The notes beneath the pieces were generated by a model, which searched no databases, was not told the DNA's origin, and saw only the letters and a list, made by a program, of their open reading frames with translations. Shown piece after piece: positions 1 through 11,401 of a stretch of DNA of 64,000 nt. Position numbers and translations under genes: made by a program. The stretch's first letter is position 1, and every line of letters begins with the position of its first letter. Origin of the DNA: Candidatus Caldarchaeum sp. (GTDB taxonomy: Archaea > Thermoproteota > Nitrososphaeria_A > Caldarchaeales > Caldarchaeaceae); the NCBI GenBank assembly GCA_038844785.1, contig JAWBRA010000001.1:1-64000 (forward strand), read 5' to 3'.

Positions 1-475
1 TCACTATTTGATACGCCAGCTTGTCTTTGTTCTTCCGCGCAAGTCTTATGAGTTCTGGGGATGCATCGAGTTGTTTCATCAGCGTGAGAAGGCTAAGCTG
101 TTTATAGTATTCATGGACGAGCTTCATAAGCTCAATGTATTCTACGGTAACGTTCTTGAAACAACCCGCATCCATCGTCGATAATACGATGGCATCGTTC
201 TCGTGGCTCTTAGCTAGCGACAGTCTTTCCCTGTAGGCGGCTATAAGGTCTGTCCTCTTCAGCCTGAAAACCCTGACACCACGGCTCAGCAGCGCAGAAA
301 CATCGTCATACATGGTCGACGGTATGACGTCCACGTAAACCTCATCACCTTCACCTGCGGGAACATCCACAAGACGAGATGTCCTAACACACTGATGCCC
401 GTCGAAGACAACGTGTGGCCTCGCTCTACGTCCACCGTTTGCAGACGTGTGAACATCTACGTAAAATCTTCTTAC
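1..475 (-). mobile_element. Partial IS110-family-like (DEDD/RuvC-like N-terminal domain) recombinase/transposase, runs off the window start; start codon unclear
   Basis: Manual translation: VRRFYVDVHTS...EVYVDVIPST...LLSRGVRVFRLK...LAKSHENDAIVLS...; motif order resembles IS110 GxDxH / E / VxxVNP / KTDxxDA. The frame is open to position 2. The nearest in-frame ATG upstream of the motifs is at 610-608. Not in the ORF track because there is no stop in the window. Confidence 0.6.
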
Positions 476-479
476 TTCT

Positions 480-750
480 CTCCCGAGAGGTTTATAAGCC
501 TCTTTTCGGGGACGATTCTCCGTCAGTCGTGTCCACCCCTCCCCTCCGCACGCTAGGCCTTGTCGGCTCGGGGTGGCGTGCAGACCCCGAGCCGCTCCCC
601 GCCGCGTCATATGGCTGAGGCCCGGGAGCAGGCCCCTCCTCAACCCCGGAGGCGGGGCCTTCAACCATGTCCCCCGTGGACATGGCTGTCCCGGGAGGCC
701 TAGGCCGCCGGAGAACCATTCTCCAGCGGAAGGCCCTCCCATCGGGGAAA
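480..750 (-). ncRNA. Candidate structured non-coding RNA upstream of the IS110-like recombinase
   Basis: GC-rich series of stems: 564-574/584-594, 630-636/654-660, 662-672/678-688, 705-715/719-729. Plus-strand A-C mismatches become G-U pairs on the minus strand. Loop 575-583 can pair with 546-553 (pseudoknot). Confidence 0.5.
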
Positions 751-761
751 ATGTTGTAAGA

Positions 762-778
762 AGTGTTCGTCGAACACT
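762..778. repeat. Perfect palindrome AGTGTTCG-T-CGAACACT
   Basis: 8-bp arms with a 1-nt spacer, at the boundary between the GC-rich structured region and AT-rich DNA. Confidence 0.7.
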
Positions 779-807
779 ACTTTGCCCAAAGCAGCAGAAC
801 CCATAAT

Positions 808-950
808 AACACAGTAGGCTGTTAAAACACGTAGGAAACACCGTAGGTTGTTTCGGTGTTGATGACAATTTTTTGCCTCGACAGCTATCTAAAAATATGG
901 AGCAGATTACAGCAGTTGTCTAAAATTATATAAATGTCAAATGATTGACA
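808..950. repeat. Cluster of short repeats: three AACAC(N0-1)GTAGG copies, a 17-bp imperfect direct repeat, and a TGTCAA-N4-TTGACA palindrome
   Basis: Copies at 808-818, 826-835 and 837-847; 882-898 vs 913-929 are 14/17 identical; palindrome at 935-950. Confidence 0.55.
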
Positions 951-1110
951 CCATCATGTTTGTCAGCATTTCAGGGCCGCTTTAACTAGCCTCCACAACA
1001 CCTGATACCCCCGGGCCACTAATGAATACAACCCTGTTCACCATAAGTTTAGTACAGCCTCCCATCTATGTTGCTGCAGTGCGTGCACCAATCTATCAAC
1101 AGGCCTGCCC

Positions 1111-1296
1111 ATCAGGCTTGAAAGACCTGATGTCCGGAGTTCTACGTCAGTGTTCTTGACAAGATTGGAAGGCTGGAGAAAGATGAGGCCGCTCCCCACC
1201 GCAGTATTCACGTGCAAGATAGTTGAAATCCGTATCCACACAGGTATCACAGCCACTAAAGACGGGAAACAGGGTTATAAGCTGCATCTATCCTAG
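1111..1296 (+). pseudogene. Degraded DDE transposase remnant (IS5/IS4-superfamily-like)
   Basis: Frame reads IRLERPDVRSSTSVFLTRL...IHTGITATKDGKQGYKLHLS*. PD-x-ST-x-x-F-x-x-RL and GYKLHL resemble DDE_Tnp_1-type motifs. Short and prematurely terminated. Confidence 0.35.
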
Positions 1297-1363
1297 CCTA
1301 ACACTACCAAGATAGTTTACGAGAATAAAGACTTTATGAGGCTTAGAATATCCAAACTTATAA

Positions 1364-1654
1364 AACCTGTTCCATGATGAGGCCAACGACAGAAGAGAGA
1401 TTAGAATAGACCTGTGGGTTGAGGATGGGATACCACGGTTCACTTATAAAGACTATGAAGAGCCTCTATGTATTCCTTCAGGTGTTCAGCCACAGTATGA
1501 CAGGGGACAATCATTCTCTAGCGTATGTCATAAAACATTCGAGAACAGAGATAGATGTCCCAATTGTAACAGAGTATTAAGAAAAAACCCAAGAAAAAAG
1601 AAACACAAACATCCTTTTATAGACAGGCTGGGTAAACATTCTATGCCTTGGTGA
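1364..1654 (+). pseudogene. Small Zn-ribbon-like protein lacking a clear start (possible pseudogene)
   Basis: Open frame ...QYDRGQSFSSVCHKTFENRDRCPNCNRVLRKNPRKKKH...; first expected Cys reads as Ser; no in-frame ATG near the 5' end. Confidence 0.3.
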
Positions 1655-2703
1655 AGCTTGTAGGAGACCCTGTCTACGCAGTGGCTAAAACCTATGCTTT
1701 AAAGTCACAGCTTCTGCCGTTCTCAGTACTTGAAGAGCTGGCTGATTCCAAAAGCCTTGCAGAGCTTGTCGACAGGCTCAGAGCATCACCCCATGGACCA
1801 TTTTTAGCCCAGCTCCAAAAACCATACACGGCCATAGAGCTGGAAAAAGCTTTCTGGAAACACTTAATCTCGCAGCATTACAGGCTTGCTGAGACAGCTC
1901 TCAACCCAGAGCTGCTCAGACAGTATTTCATGCGCTACGTTTATTTCAACATCAAAACCATTCTTAAGGGAAAGGCGCTAGGAAAGCCCGTCGACGAAAT
2001 CATGAAAACTATAGACTTGTATCCTGAATCTTTGCTCGGCGTCAGAGACCAGGCTCTGCGAGCGCTTGCGGCTAAGGACCTATCGGAAGCAGTTAAAGAG
2101 TTTACGAAGACAGAGCTGGCCTCAGCTGTTTCGACAGCTATAGCAGTATGGGAGTCAAAAAGGGATCACTCGGCGGTTGACGCGGTGATCGACAAAATGT
2201 ATGTGGAGGGCCTTCTCCAGGCTTATAGGAGAACGCCGCGTTCCCTTAGAAAATACGTGACGACGTATGTTTCTATGGACGTCGATGCATACGCTTTAAC
2301 GACGGTTCTGAGGTCAAGGGTTTGGGAGCTGATTCCGAGCCAGGTAAAAGAGTTCTTACCGTCGCAAACCATCGAAATAAGTAAAGATGCTTTAGAAAGC
2401 CTGTTGACCGCTGAAGACTTTAGGAAAGCTCTTGAAACAATACCCAAGCCCCAGTTCTTAGGCAAAATCTACCCAGAGGATTCTCCTTCGAGGATGGCTT
2501 CACAGATTGAGGAAAACGTCAGAAGGTTTAAACTGCGGTACGCCAGCAAAAGCTTCTACAAAATACCGTTTAACCAGACAGTCCTCATTTCATACCTTGT
2601 TCTCAAGGAGGCTGAAGTGAGAAACTTGGCCACAATAGCTAAAAACATCGAGGAAGGCGTTACAGACCCAAACGTGATACAAAGGCTGCTGATAAACTAC
2701 TAG
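1648..2703 (+). CDS. atpC: A/V-type ATP synthase subunit C
   Basis: 351 aa; YAxAK...LL N-terminus, NIKTILKGK, and C-terminal YLxLKExEVRNL typical of vATP-synt_AC39. Confidence 0.85.
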   Translation: MVKLVGDPVYAVAKTYALKSQLLPFSVLEELADSKSLAELVDRLRASPHGPFLAQLQKPYTAIELEKAFWKHLISQHYRLAETALNPELLRQYFMRYVYFNIKTILKGKALGKPVDEIMKTIDLYPESLLGVRDQALRALAAKDLSEAVKEFTKTELASAVSTAIAVWESKRDHSAVDAVIDKMYVEGLLQAYRRTPRSLRKYVTTYVSMDVDAYALTTVLRSRVWELIPSQVKEFLPSQTIEISKDALESLLTAEDFRKALETIPKPQFLGKIYPEDSPSRMASQIEENVRRFKLRYASKSFYKIPFNQTVLISYLVLKEAEVRNLATIAKNIEEGVTDPNVIQRLLINY

Positions 2704-2966
2704 TCTTTAATCTTCTTTGCGGTTATCTTCCAAACTCCAGGCGCCACATTCTCTGTCCCCAAGTATTCCTGACGGTTGTTCTTGATTGAACGGGGTAAAG
2801 TGTCCAGAGATGGGGGGTTGTCCGTCAACACCTCCAAAACCGCCCCCCTTTCTATTTGCTTCAAAGCTTTTGCCAGAAGAAGCTGCGGATACGGGCATGT
2901 GTACCCACGTACGTCGAGAACGTATCTTTTTTCGGAGGTTTTTTCCAGCTTCAACTCTGGGGCCAT
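2700..2966 (-). CDS. tusA: TusA/SirA-family sulfur carrier (YeeD-like)
   Basis: LDVRGYTCPYP (CPxP motif), LEVLTDNP; divergent from a YeeE gene. Confidence 0.85.
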   Translation of the reverse strand: MAPELKLEKTSEKRYVLDVRGYTCPYPQLLLAKALKQIERGAVLEVLTDNPPSLDTLPRSIKNNRQEYLGTENVAPGVWKITAKKIKD

Positions 2967-3075
2967 GTCTATGCCTTTTCTCGGACCTATTTAAACATGT
3001 ATTAGCATAATATAATGGTAAAATAAGGTTAAACTTATATCCCGACATGACAGCCAAAAAATAACGTGATGAAAC

Positions 3076-4266
3076 ATGGCCAAGAGAGTCTACGTTTCGG
3101 CTTTCTTGATAGGGGTTGTGTCCGTTGCGTTGGGTTATGGTGCCTACTTGACGGCTGGAAAAGGAACTCTGTGGGGGATAACGACCGGTGAATCCAAAAT
3201 AGGCGGCCATCTCTACAGTCTTCTCGGCCTTCCCGTGGCTGAAACAAAATACTACCAGCAGTTCAAGCTCGCCCCGGTGTTCAGCGATCCGGCTCAAACA
3301 ATAGTCATCGGGATACTTTTGGGCGGAGCTCTTCCGGCACTGCTCACCGGCCGTTTTTTGATCCGTCATGTTCCCAGCAAGTGGATGGCTTTGCAAGCGG
3401 TTTTGGGGGGTCTGCTTCTCGGATATGGGTCGAGGCTAGCCCTCGGATGCAACATAGGAAACTTTCTGTCTGCTTGGACCGCTGCCGGAACAAACGCAAT
3501 CACCTTCACAGCTGCTTTGCTTGTGGGAACATTCGCAGGACTAAAAGTTACTGAAAGGTTCTTCCTTTTACGGGCTGTTCCGATAAGGTTTTCCTACCTC
3601 CCTCCGAGGAAGCTGCAGATATTGGTTGGAACGCTTTTAATTTTTGCGTCAGTTGCGGCTCTGTTTACGCTACAGCCGTTGGTTGGGTTGTTTTGGGCGG
3701 CGGGAATAGCTTTCGGCGCTCTCGGGTCAATCTCAGGGATATGCTTCGCAACCTGCTACAGAGACCTTGTCGCAAGAAGTTATGCTAGCGGCATAATGGT
3801 GCGTGCCATCGGCCTCGCAGTCTTAACATTCTCGACCGGCGTCTACCTACTGCATCTGCTTGGAGTACCTTTCAGTTTTGCTACTCCGCAGATCAGCCAG
3901 ATACAGATTGCTCTCGGAGGGTTTATCTTCGGCGTGGGGATATCTTTAGCAGGCTCATGCATATTCAGCTCTGAGTGGAGGGCTGGGACGGGAAGCGTCT
4001 ACTCGGCCATCGTTCTCCTGTCAACAGTATTCTTGGGGATGCCTCTTCTAGCGGTTCACTACGGGTGGTGGCTTACGGTGATTCCACCGGTCTTGCTGCC
4101 GTCTTTCAGCCTGTACTCGCTAAACCCCCACGCAGCATACGCCCTTCCGCTGGCTTTCTCGACAGCTCTAATAGTTTACGGCGTCCTAGTCGACTCGACA
4201 GCGAAACAAGCCTTTTCACAGTTTATATCGACGAAATTTACATCCCCTCTAAGGCTCAAACATTAA
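3076..4266 (+). CDS. YeeE/YedE-family sulfur-compound (thiosulfate) transporter
   Basis: Multi-TM; motifs GSRLALGCNIG, GICFAT, LAGSC. Confidence 0.85.
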   Translation: MAKRVYVSAFLIGVVSVALGYGAYLTAGKGTLWGITTGESKIGGHLYSLLGLPVAETKYYQQFKLAPVFSDPAQTIVIGILLGGALPALLTGRFLIRHVPSKWMALQAVLGGLLLGYGSRLALGCNIGNFLSAWTAAGTNAITFTAALLVGTFAGLKVTERFFLLRAVPIRFSYLPPRKLQILVGTLLIFASVAALFTLQPLVGLFWAAGIAFGALGSISGICFATCYRDLVARSYASGIMVRAIGLAVLTFSTGVYLLHLLGVPFSFATPQISQIQIALGGFIFGVGISLAGSCIFSSEWRAGTGSVYSAIVLLSTVFLGMPLLAVHYGWWLTVIPPVLLPSFSLYSLNPHAAYALPLAFSTALIVYGVLVDSTAKQAFSQFISTKFTSPLRLKH

Positions 4267-4291
4267 AAACAACAACCATCTTTTTACATGC

Positions 4292-5398
4292 ATGCGGGCT
4301 CTTGGAATAGACCCTGGTACAGGAAACTTTGACTTCTGCTGCATCGAAGACGACGTTGACAAAGTTGTGCTAGACGAGACCATACCATCAAGATTGGTGG
4401 CGCACGAAACAGACCGTGTAATGGACCTGATAAAAAGCATCTCTCCCGATGTTGTCGTAGGCCCATCAGGCTATGGTCTTGAGTTCAAGAAAATTTCAGA
4501 CCTAACAGAAGACGACCTCGCCCTCACGACCCTCGAGAAAAAGGCTGAGACAGAAATACCAGTTCTCTCAGGCGTGAGAAGGTTGTTGCGTATGATGCAA
4601 GCGGAGGGTTTAAACGCTTTTGCTGTGCCAGGAGTGATACAGCTTCCAACCGTACCACACCACAGGAAGGTTAACAAGATTGACATGGGGACGGCGGATA
4701 AAACATGCGTAACCGCCTACGCGGTCTGGGATCAGGCGAGAAAACTTGCCGTAAACTACGACGAGACAAGGTTTGTTTGCTTGGAGATGGGGCTCGGCTA
4801 CAACGCGGCCATGGCTGTTGAGAACGGCAAGATAGTTGACGGCATAGGCGGGACAATATTTCCAGGCCCAGGGTTCCTAGCTTTGGGGATGATGGACGGC
4901 GAGCTGGCCTACCTACTTGGGGATTTCAGCAAGAAAAGACTGTTCGAAGGCGGGGTCGCTTACCTGCCGACAGGCTCTCAAGCATCTCTCGAGGAGTTTA
5001 CGTCTCAAAGACACAGCCTTTACAGGGAAGGCTGGACACTTTTCCTCGAGGGGGTTGTCAAAGCCGTGGCCACACTGATGGTTGCGATGGATGCAAAACC
5101 TTATGAAGTAATAATAACTGGCAGGATTTCAAGGGTGGCCGGTTTAAGGGATGAGATAGCATCCATCATACAAAAGAAACTTGGAATAAGATGCAGGAGG
5201 CCTGAGAACGTATTCGCCAACAAGGCGAAGGACGTGGCGATGGGCGCGGCCTTGATAGCAAACGGGGTCGGCGGGGGAAAATACAGCAAGCTTGTTGAAA
5301 CGCTAGAGCTGACGAAATCCAGCGGCACGGTCTTAGACTATGTAAGGCTTCCAGGCTTCAACCCTAGAACCATCCTAAAAAATTTAAGGAGCGACTGA
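4292..5398 (+). CDS. DUF1464-family ASKHA (butyrate-kinase-like) protein
   Basis: GIDPGT N-terminus, GPSGYG, NKIDMGTADK, GKIVDGIGG. Confidence 0.8.
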   Translation: MRALGIDPGTGNFDFCCIEDDVDKVVLDETIPSRLVAHETDRVMDLIKSISPDVVVGPSGYGLEFKKISDLTEDDLALTTLEKKAETEIPVLSGVRRLLRMMQAEGLNAFAVPGVIQLPTVPHHRKVNKIDMGTADKTCVTAYAVWDQARKLAVNYDETRFVCLEMGLGYNAAMAVENGKIVDGIGGTIFPGPGFLALGMMDGELAYLLGDFSKKRLFEGGVAYLPTGSQASLEEFTSQRHSLYREGWTLFLEGVVKAVATLMVAMDAKPYEVIITGRISRVAGLRDEIASIIQKKLGIRCRRPENVFANKAKDVAMGAALIANGVGGGKYSKLVETLELTKSSGTVLDYVRLPGFNPRTILKNLRSD

Positions 5399-6319
5399 GA
5401 GCTTCGCTCCTTCGTTGACGGCTTCTGTGACGAATATCTCCCATCCGGCGCCGAGCTCCTGGCTAACTTTCTCCGCCGCCTTGCTGGCCTCTTTGAACGA
5501 GCTGTAGAAGCCGTAAACCGCGGGACCCCAGGAGCTCTGCCCGGCTCCTAACGCGCCATATTTTACCACTACCTCAACAGCTTCTTCGCTTACGAACCTT
5601 CCACCTTGGAGGGCTGCGAAATGTTCGCCGACGAGCGTCTGCAGGCCGGTTAAAGCCCTTCCAAAGCTCTCCGCATCTCTTTCCATCAACGAAGGAAGTA
5701 AATCAAACAAAACTATATGGGATATCTTTGAGCACTTATGTTCGTCCATCACTGGCAAACGCTTAAACAGCTGCTGCTCCGCTTCGTCATCTGGACCGGA
5801 TCTTTCAATAGGATAGGCTACTAGAAAAGCCCACTCCTCGGGGAACTCAAACCTCAGATAGCGTGAACACAAGCCTGCGGGATTTTTTCTCGGGAAATCA
5901 AGTATGAAACCACCTTCTTTGAACACGGCTGTTCCAACGCATGATATCCGGCCGCGTCCAAGCAAGGCAGCCAACTTCTCTGGCTCTATGGCGAGTCCAT
6001 GAATCTTGACTAGAGCTGTGCCTACAGCGAGGGATAGCTGCGTCATCGATCCGAGGCCTTTGTGTACAGGGATATGGTTGAGAACCTGAATTCTTCCTGA
6101 AAAATCTATCCCTAGGTTTTTAGCAAGCCTAGCCACTATATCTGAAACGTGTTTAGAACACGGCCCCTGTATCTTAAGCTCATCTGATTTCTCAACTTTT
6201 ATGTGGAGAGATGGCTTCTTTATTGCCACCCCTATTCCTCCGTAGATGCGTCCATGATGTCCGCCGAGCTCTATCAAGCCGAGGTGAAGTCTTGAGGGTG
6301 TCTTGACCTCTACGATCAT
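5384..6319 (-). CDS. Beta-ribofuranosylaminobenzene 5'-phosphate synthase family (GHMP kinase fold)
   Basis: TPSRLHLGL, GGIGVAI, PxHxGLGSxTQ, GQSSWGP. Confidence 0.85.
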   Translation of the reverse strand: MIVEVKTPSRLHLGLIELGGHHGRIYGGIGVAIKKPSLHIKVEKSDELKIQGPCSKHVSDIVARLAKNLGIDFSGRIQVLNHIPVHKGLGSMTQLSLAVGTALVKIHGLAIEPEKLAALLGRGRISCVGTAVFKEGGFILDFPRKNPAGLCSRYLRFEFPEEWAFLVAYPIERSGPDDEAEQQLFKRLPVMDEHKCSKISHIVLFDLLPSLMERDAESFGRALTGLQTLVGEHFAALQGGRFVSEEAVEVVVKYGALGAGQSSWGPAVYGFYSSFKEASKAAEKVSQELGAGWEIFVTEAVNEGAKLSVAP

Positions 6320-6936
6320 AGTCCAGCTACCAGCTTATCTACCTCGGCGACAATCCTGTCGATCACAGCTAGGTGCAACGGGTTTGAGGAAACCCGTTTG
6401 ACAAGTTTTTCATAGTCCCTTATCTTGTCTACGAGCTTTGAAACCTCCTCATACCTGCCTGTTTGTTTGAAAACCTTAACGCGGGTGTAGTGGATTAGAG
6501 ATTCTATCAACGCGTGCTCTGCTCTCGAGTAGGGTGTAGGGTTGACTGGTTTGGCTTCAACGTTCTTTACTTTACATGAAACCTCCACACGCTCCATAGA
6601 TATCGGCTTGAAACCCACGGCTAAAGCCTCTATCCATGCGGTGGCCTCCTTAACAACGGGCGCGTCGACAAACCTAGCCGCTCCAAACTCGATTTTCTCA
6701 CCGAAGACGACCTTGTAGAACAGAACGGGGTCGTGGGTTATGTTGACCACCAGACTTTTTGTCTTCAATAGGTTTTTGAAAGTTTGGGTGTCGGTGAAAG
6801 GCTTGAGGACCAAGGATGTCCCATCTGGAGTGAGGCAGCCCATAGCCGCTGCGTGAGGTGTTTTTTCAAAGTATGTTGACACGACGGCTTCAACCCAAAC
6901 TCCAGTCTGCAAACCTACTTCAGAAAGATCGGTCAA
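6316..6936 (-). CDS. DUF447-family protein (FMN-binding split-barrel-like)
   Basis: EAVVST..PHAAAMG, TxTFKNL, RAxHALIESLIHYTR; co-oriented with the RFAP synthase gene. Confidence 0.75.
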   Translation of the reverse strand: MTDLSEVGLQTGVWVEAVVSTYFEKTPHAAAMGCLTPDGTSLVLKPFTDTQTFKNLLKTKSLVVNITHDPVLFYKVVFGEKIEFGAARFVDAPVVKEATAWIEALAVGFKPISMERVEVSCKVKNVEAKPVNPTPYSRAEHALIESLIHYTRVKVFKQTGRYEEVSKLVDKIRDYEKLVKRVSSNPLHLAVIDRIVAEVDKLVAGL

Positions 6937-8087
6937 GACAGGCCGATTACCTGCCTAATGTTCTCCAGGTTTTTCTTCAAAGCCAGAACAAAGCCGCTCA
7001 TGGTTCCGCCGTCTACAGCTCTGTGGTCCATTGTCACAGCCAGCTGAATGACCTCGCCCACAACGACTTGCCCATCCTTGACAACAGGCCGTCTCTCCAG
7101 ACGGCCAACGCCTACTATAGCTATTTCAGGATAGTTAACTATAGGCGTTCCAGACAACGAGCCTAAAGACCCGTAGTTAGATATGCTGATTGTCCCTCCT
7201 CTAACATCGTCTAGGGATAGCTTGCCTAGACGAGCTTTCTCCGCAAGTTCCTCAACCTCTTTCGCCAGAGTCCATATATCCTTGGACTCGACGTTTTTCA
7301 CTATGGGGACAAGGAGCCCATTAGGTGTGTCAACAGCAAAGCCTATGTTTACGACCTTTGACAGGACGATCTCATTTTTTTCCTCGTCAATCCAGCCGTT
7401 GATGGCGGGGTATTGTTTGACAGCCTCAGTTAACGCTTTCATGATGAACGGCATGAACGTGAGCTTAACACCTTTCTCATGCTGCAGCTGCCGCATCTCA
7501 TCCCTAAGTTTCACAAGCTCCTCGGCGTTTACCTCTTCAAAAACTGTCACCAAAGCCGTTTTCGACTTGGCTGTGACTAGCTTCTCGGCAACCATGCGTC
7601 TTAGCCCTTTTATGGGGATTCGAGTCTCGTAGCCGCTGGCGGCACGTCTAACATCTTCTTCCGTAATCCTTCCACCGGGGCCAGTGCCTTGAACCCTGCT
7701 GAGGTCAACGCCCAGCTCTTTTGCAAGCTTCTTAACGGCAGGCGTTGCAATGACTGAAGCCGTTTTTCTCAGCTGCGGTGATGTCTCTGCCGCGGACGTT
7801 GTAGCTGGAGCCCTTGCCTGCACCTCTTCAACGGCCTCCTCTGACTCTATTTCGATAAATGGTTCGCCCACCTTCAGCACCTGGCCTGGTTGGGCGATAA
7901 TTTTGACAACCCTCCCTTTAACCGGTGAAGGGATTTCGACGTTTACTTTGACTGTCATTATCTCAACTAAAGGCTGGTATTTGTCAACATAGTCTCCCTC
8001 GTTGACGAGATACCTTATAACCTCACCCTCGGCTATACCCTCACCTATGTCAGGCAGTTTTATGACAACCATTTTACCACATCCCAC
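6933..8087 (-). CDS. Dihydrolipoamide acyltransferase (E2) of a 2-oxoacid dehydrogenase complex
   Basis: Lipoyl domain LPDIGEG...EIMTVKV, binding domain ATPAVKKLA...GTGPGGRI, catalytic DHRAVDG. Confidence 0.92.
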   Translation of the reverse strand: MGCGKMVVIKLPDIGEGIAEGEVIRYLVNEGDYVDKYQPLVEIMTVKVNVEIPSPVKGRVVKIIAQPGQVLKVGEPFIEIESEEAVEEVQARAPATTSAAETSPQLRKTASVIATPAVKKLAKELGVDLSRVQGTGPGGRITEEDVRRAASGYETRIPIKGLRRMVAEKLVTAKSKTALVTVFEEVNAEELVKLRDEMRQLQHEKGVKLTFMPFIMKALTEAVKQYPAINGWIDEEKNEIVLSKVVNIGFAVDTPNGLLVPIVKNVESKDIWTLAKEVEELAEKARLGKLSLDDVRGGTISISNYGSLGSLSGTPIVNYPEIAIVGVGRLERRPVVKDGQVVVGEVIQLAVTMDHRAVDGGTMSGFVLALKKNLENIRQVIGLS

Positions 8088-8101
8088 ATCGGTGAACGGC
8101 C

Positions 8102-9264
8102 CTATAAAAATAGATTCCTATCTCCCCTTTCCCTGGACAGATAAAGGAGAGACAAGGTTCCTGCGAGGGCTAGTAACGCGGGATATGCTAGGGCTACTGT
8201 GTAGCTGAACTTTTGAGCCAGAAACCCAGCTAGGATAGGTGCCGTAGTCGGTCCCGCTAACCCCGCTATGGAAAAAACTTTCCCCAAAACCTGCGAGGCA
8301 GACGGCCCGAGGTTCCTTACAAGATAACTGTAGACAACTGGGAAATACATTGCGGTAGCTGCTGCCTGAACCGCCATCATAAACGGGTAAACAAAGCTGT
8401 AGGGAGCCAGCATCAGGTACATGTTAGACAGTAGGTTAAGAATGGTAACCGTTGAAGCAACCCTGAAGAAACCATGCTTGTCGAACAGATAACCTCCCAG
8501 AGGCTGTCCAACAACACCCAGCAGCCTGCTACCCCCCACGATAATCGCCACGTATGCCTTGTCGAGGTTGAACGTGTCGACGAGATGGAGCGGTACGATT
8601 GCCACAACGCCGAGGTTCCCCACAAGGTTTGCGATGGTTAAAACCGTTAAAGGTGCTAGCCTTATCCTTACGCTCTCCTCCAAAAGCGTTTTAGAGGAAA
8701 GTCTATGATCTCCGCTTTCAGGCTTTGTTAACGACAGTAAAGCTAACCCCGCTAAGATGGGGATCGAAGCCCATGCCCAGAAAGAAAACATGTATGCGAA
8801 GGCCGTGAACAGGAACGCGAGAATGATAGGGCCTAACGTCTGTCCTGCAGGGGCTGCTGATTCATGGACGCCGATGAAGAACCCTTGCCTAACGCCTTTA
8901 AAAAGCTGGCCCAGCCACGGTACAGCGGAGGGTAGGTGCAACGACAAGAAAATACCGACTAGAAATATCGCGCAATAAAAAATGTAAACGTTGTCGAGGA
9001 GTCCAGCCGCTACGGTGGCCACGCCGGCCCCTAAAGCTGAGAGCATGACCGCGTTTCTAAACCCCGTTTTCGCCGGTATCTTTCCTGAAACAAAAGTGAA
9101 AGAGTAGAACCCAAGGTTTAGAACCCCCGGTATTGCTGCGGCTTCGGCAGTAGATATAGAAAATCTTTGACGTAGGAAGGGTGTGATTGCCGATATTCCT
9201 ACGCGTGTTCCATGGCTCCAAAACCATGAAAGCCATGTCAACAGCAGAACTGCTAACGCTTTTC

Positions 9265-9268
<4 letters not shown>
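8102..9268 (-). CDS. MFS transporter
   Basis: About 12 TM segments; GGYLFDKHG motif-A-like loop. Confidence 0.8.
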
Positions 9269-11322
<2,054 letters not shown>

Positions 11323-11401
11323 AAGAAACTCTCGGTTAAAAGTTCTTAATGAGCATATTTTAACAGCATCGTTTAATACTCGACGACTCTCTCGAGTGGT
11401 G

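Noticed and set aside
480-750. Possible SRP RNA or RNase P RNA
   Set aside because: GAGGCCCGGGAGCAG lacks the SRP helix-8 GNRA loop, and I see no GAGGAA-type P4 5' motif on either strand. An Rfam scan is needed to exclude these fully.
415-806. ORF-track ORFs 415-618, 492-719 and 573-806
   Set aside because: Pro/Gly/Arg-rich translations of GC-rich hairpin DNA with no recognisable motifs; better explained as structured non-coding sequence.
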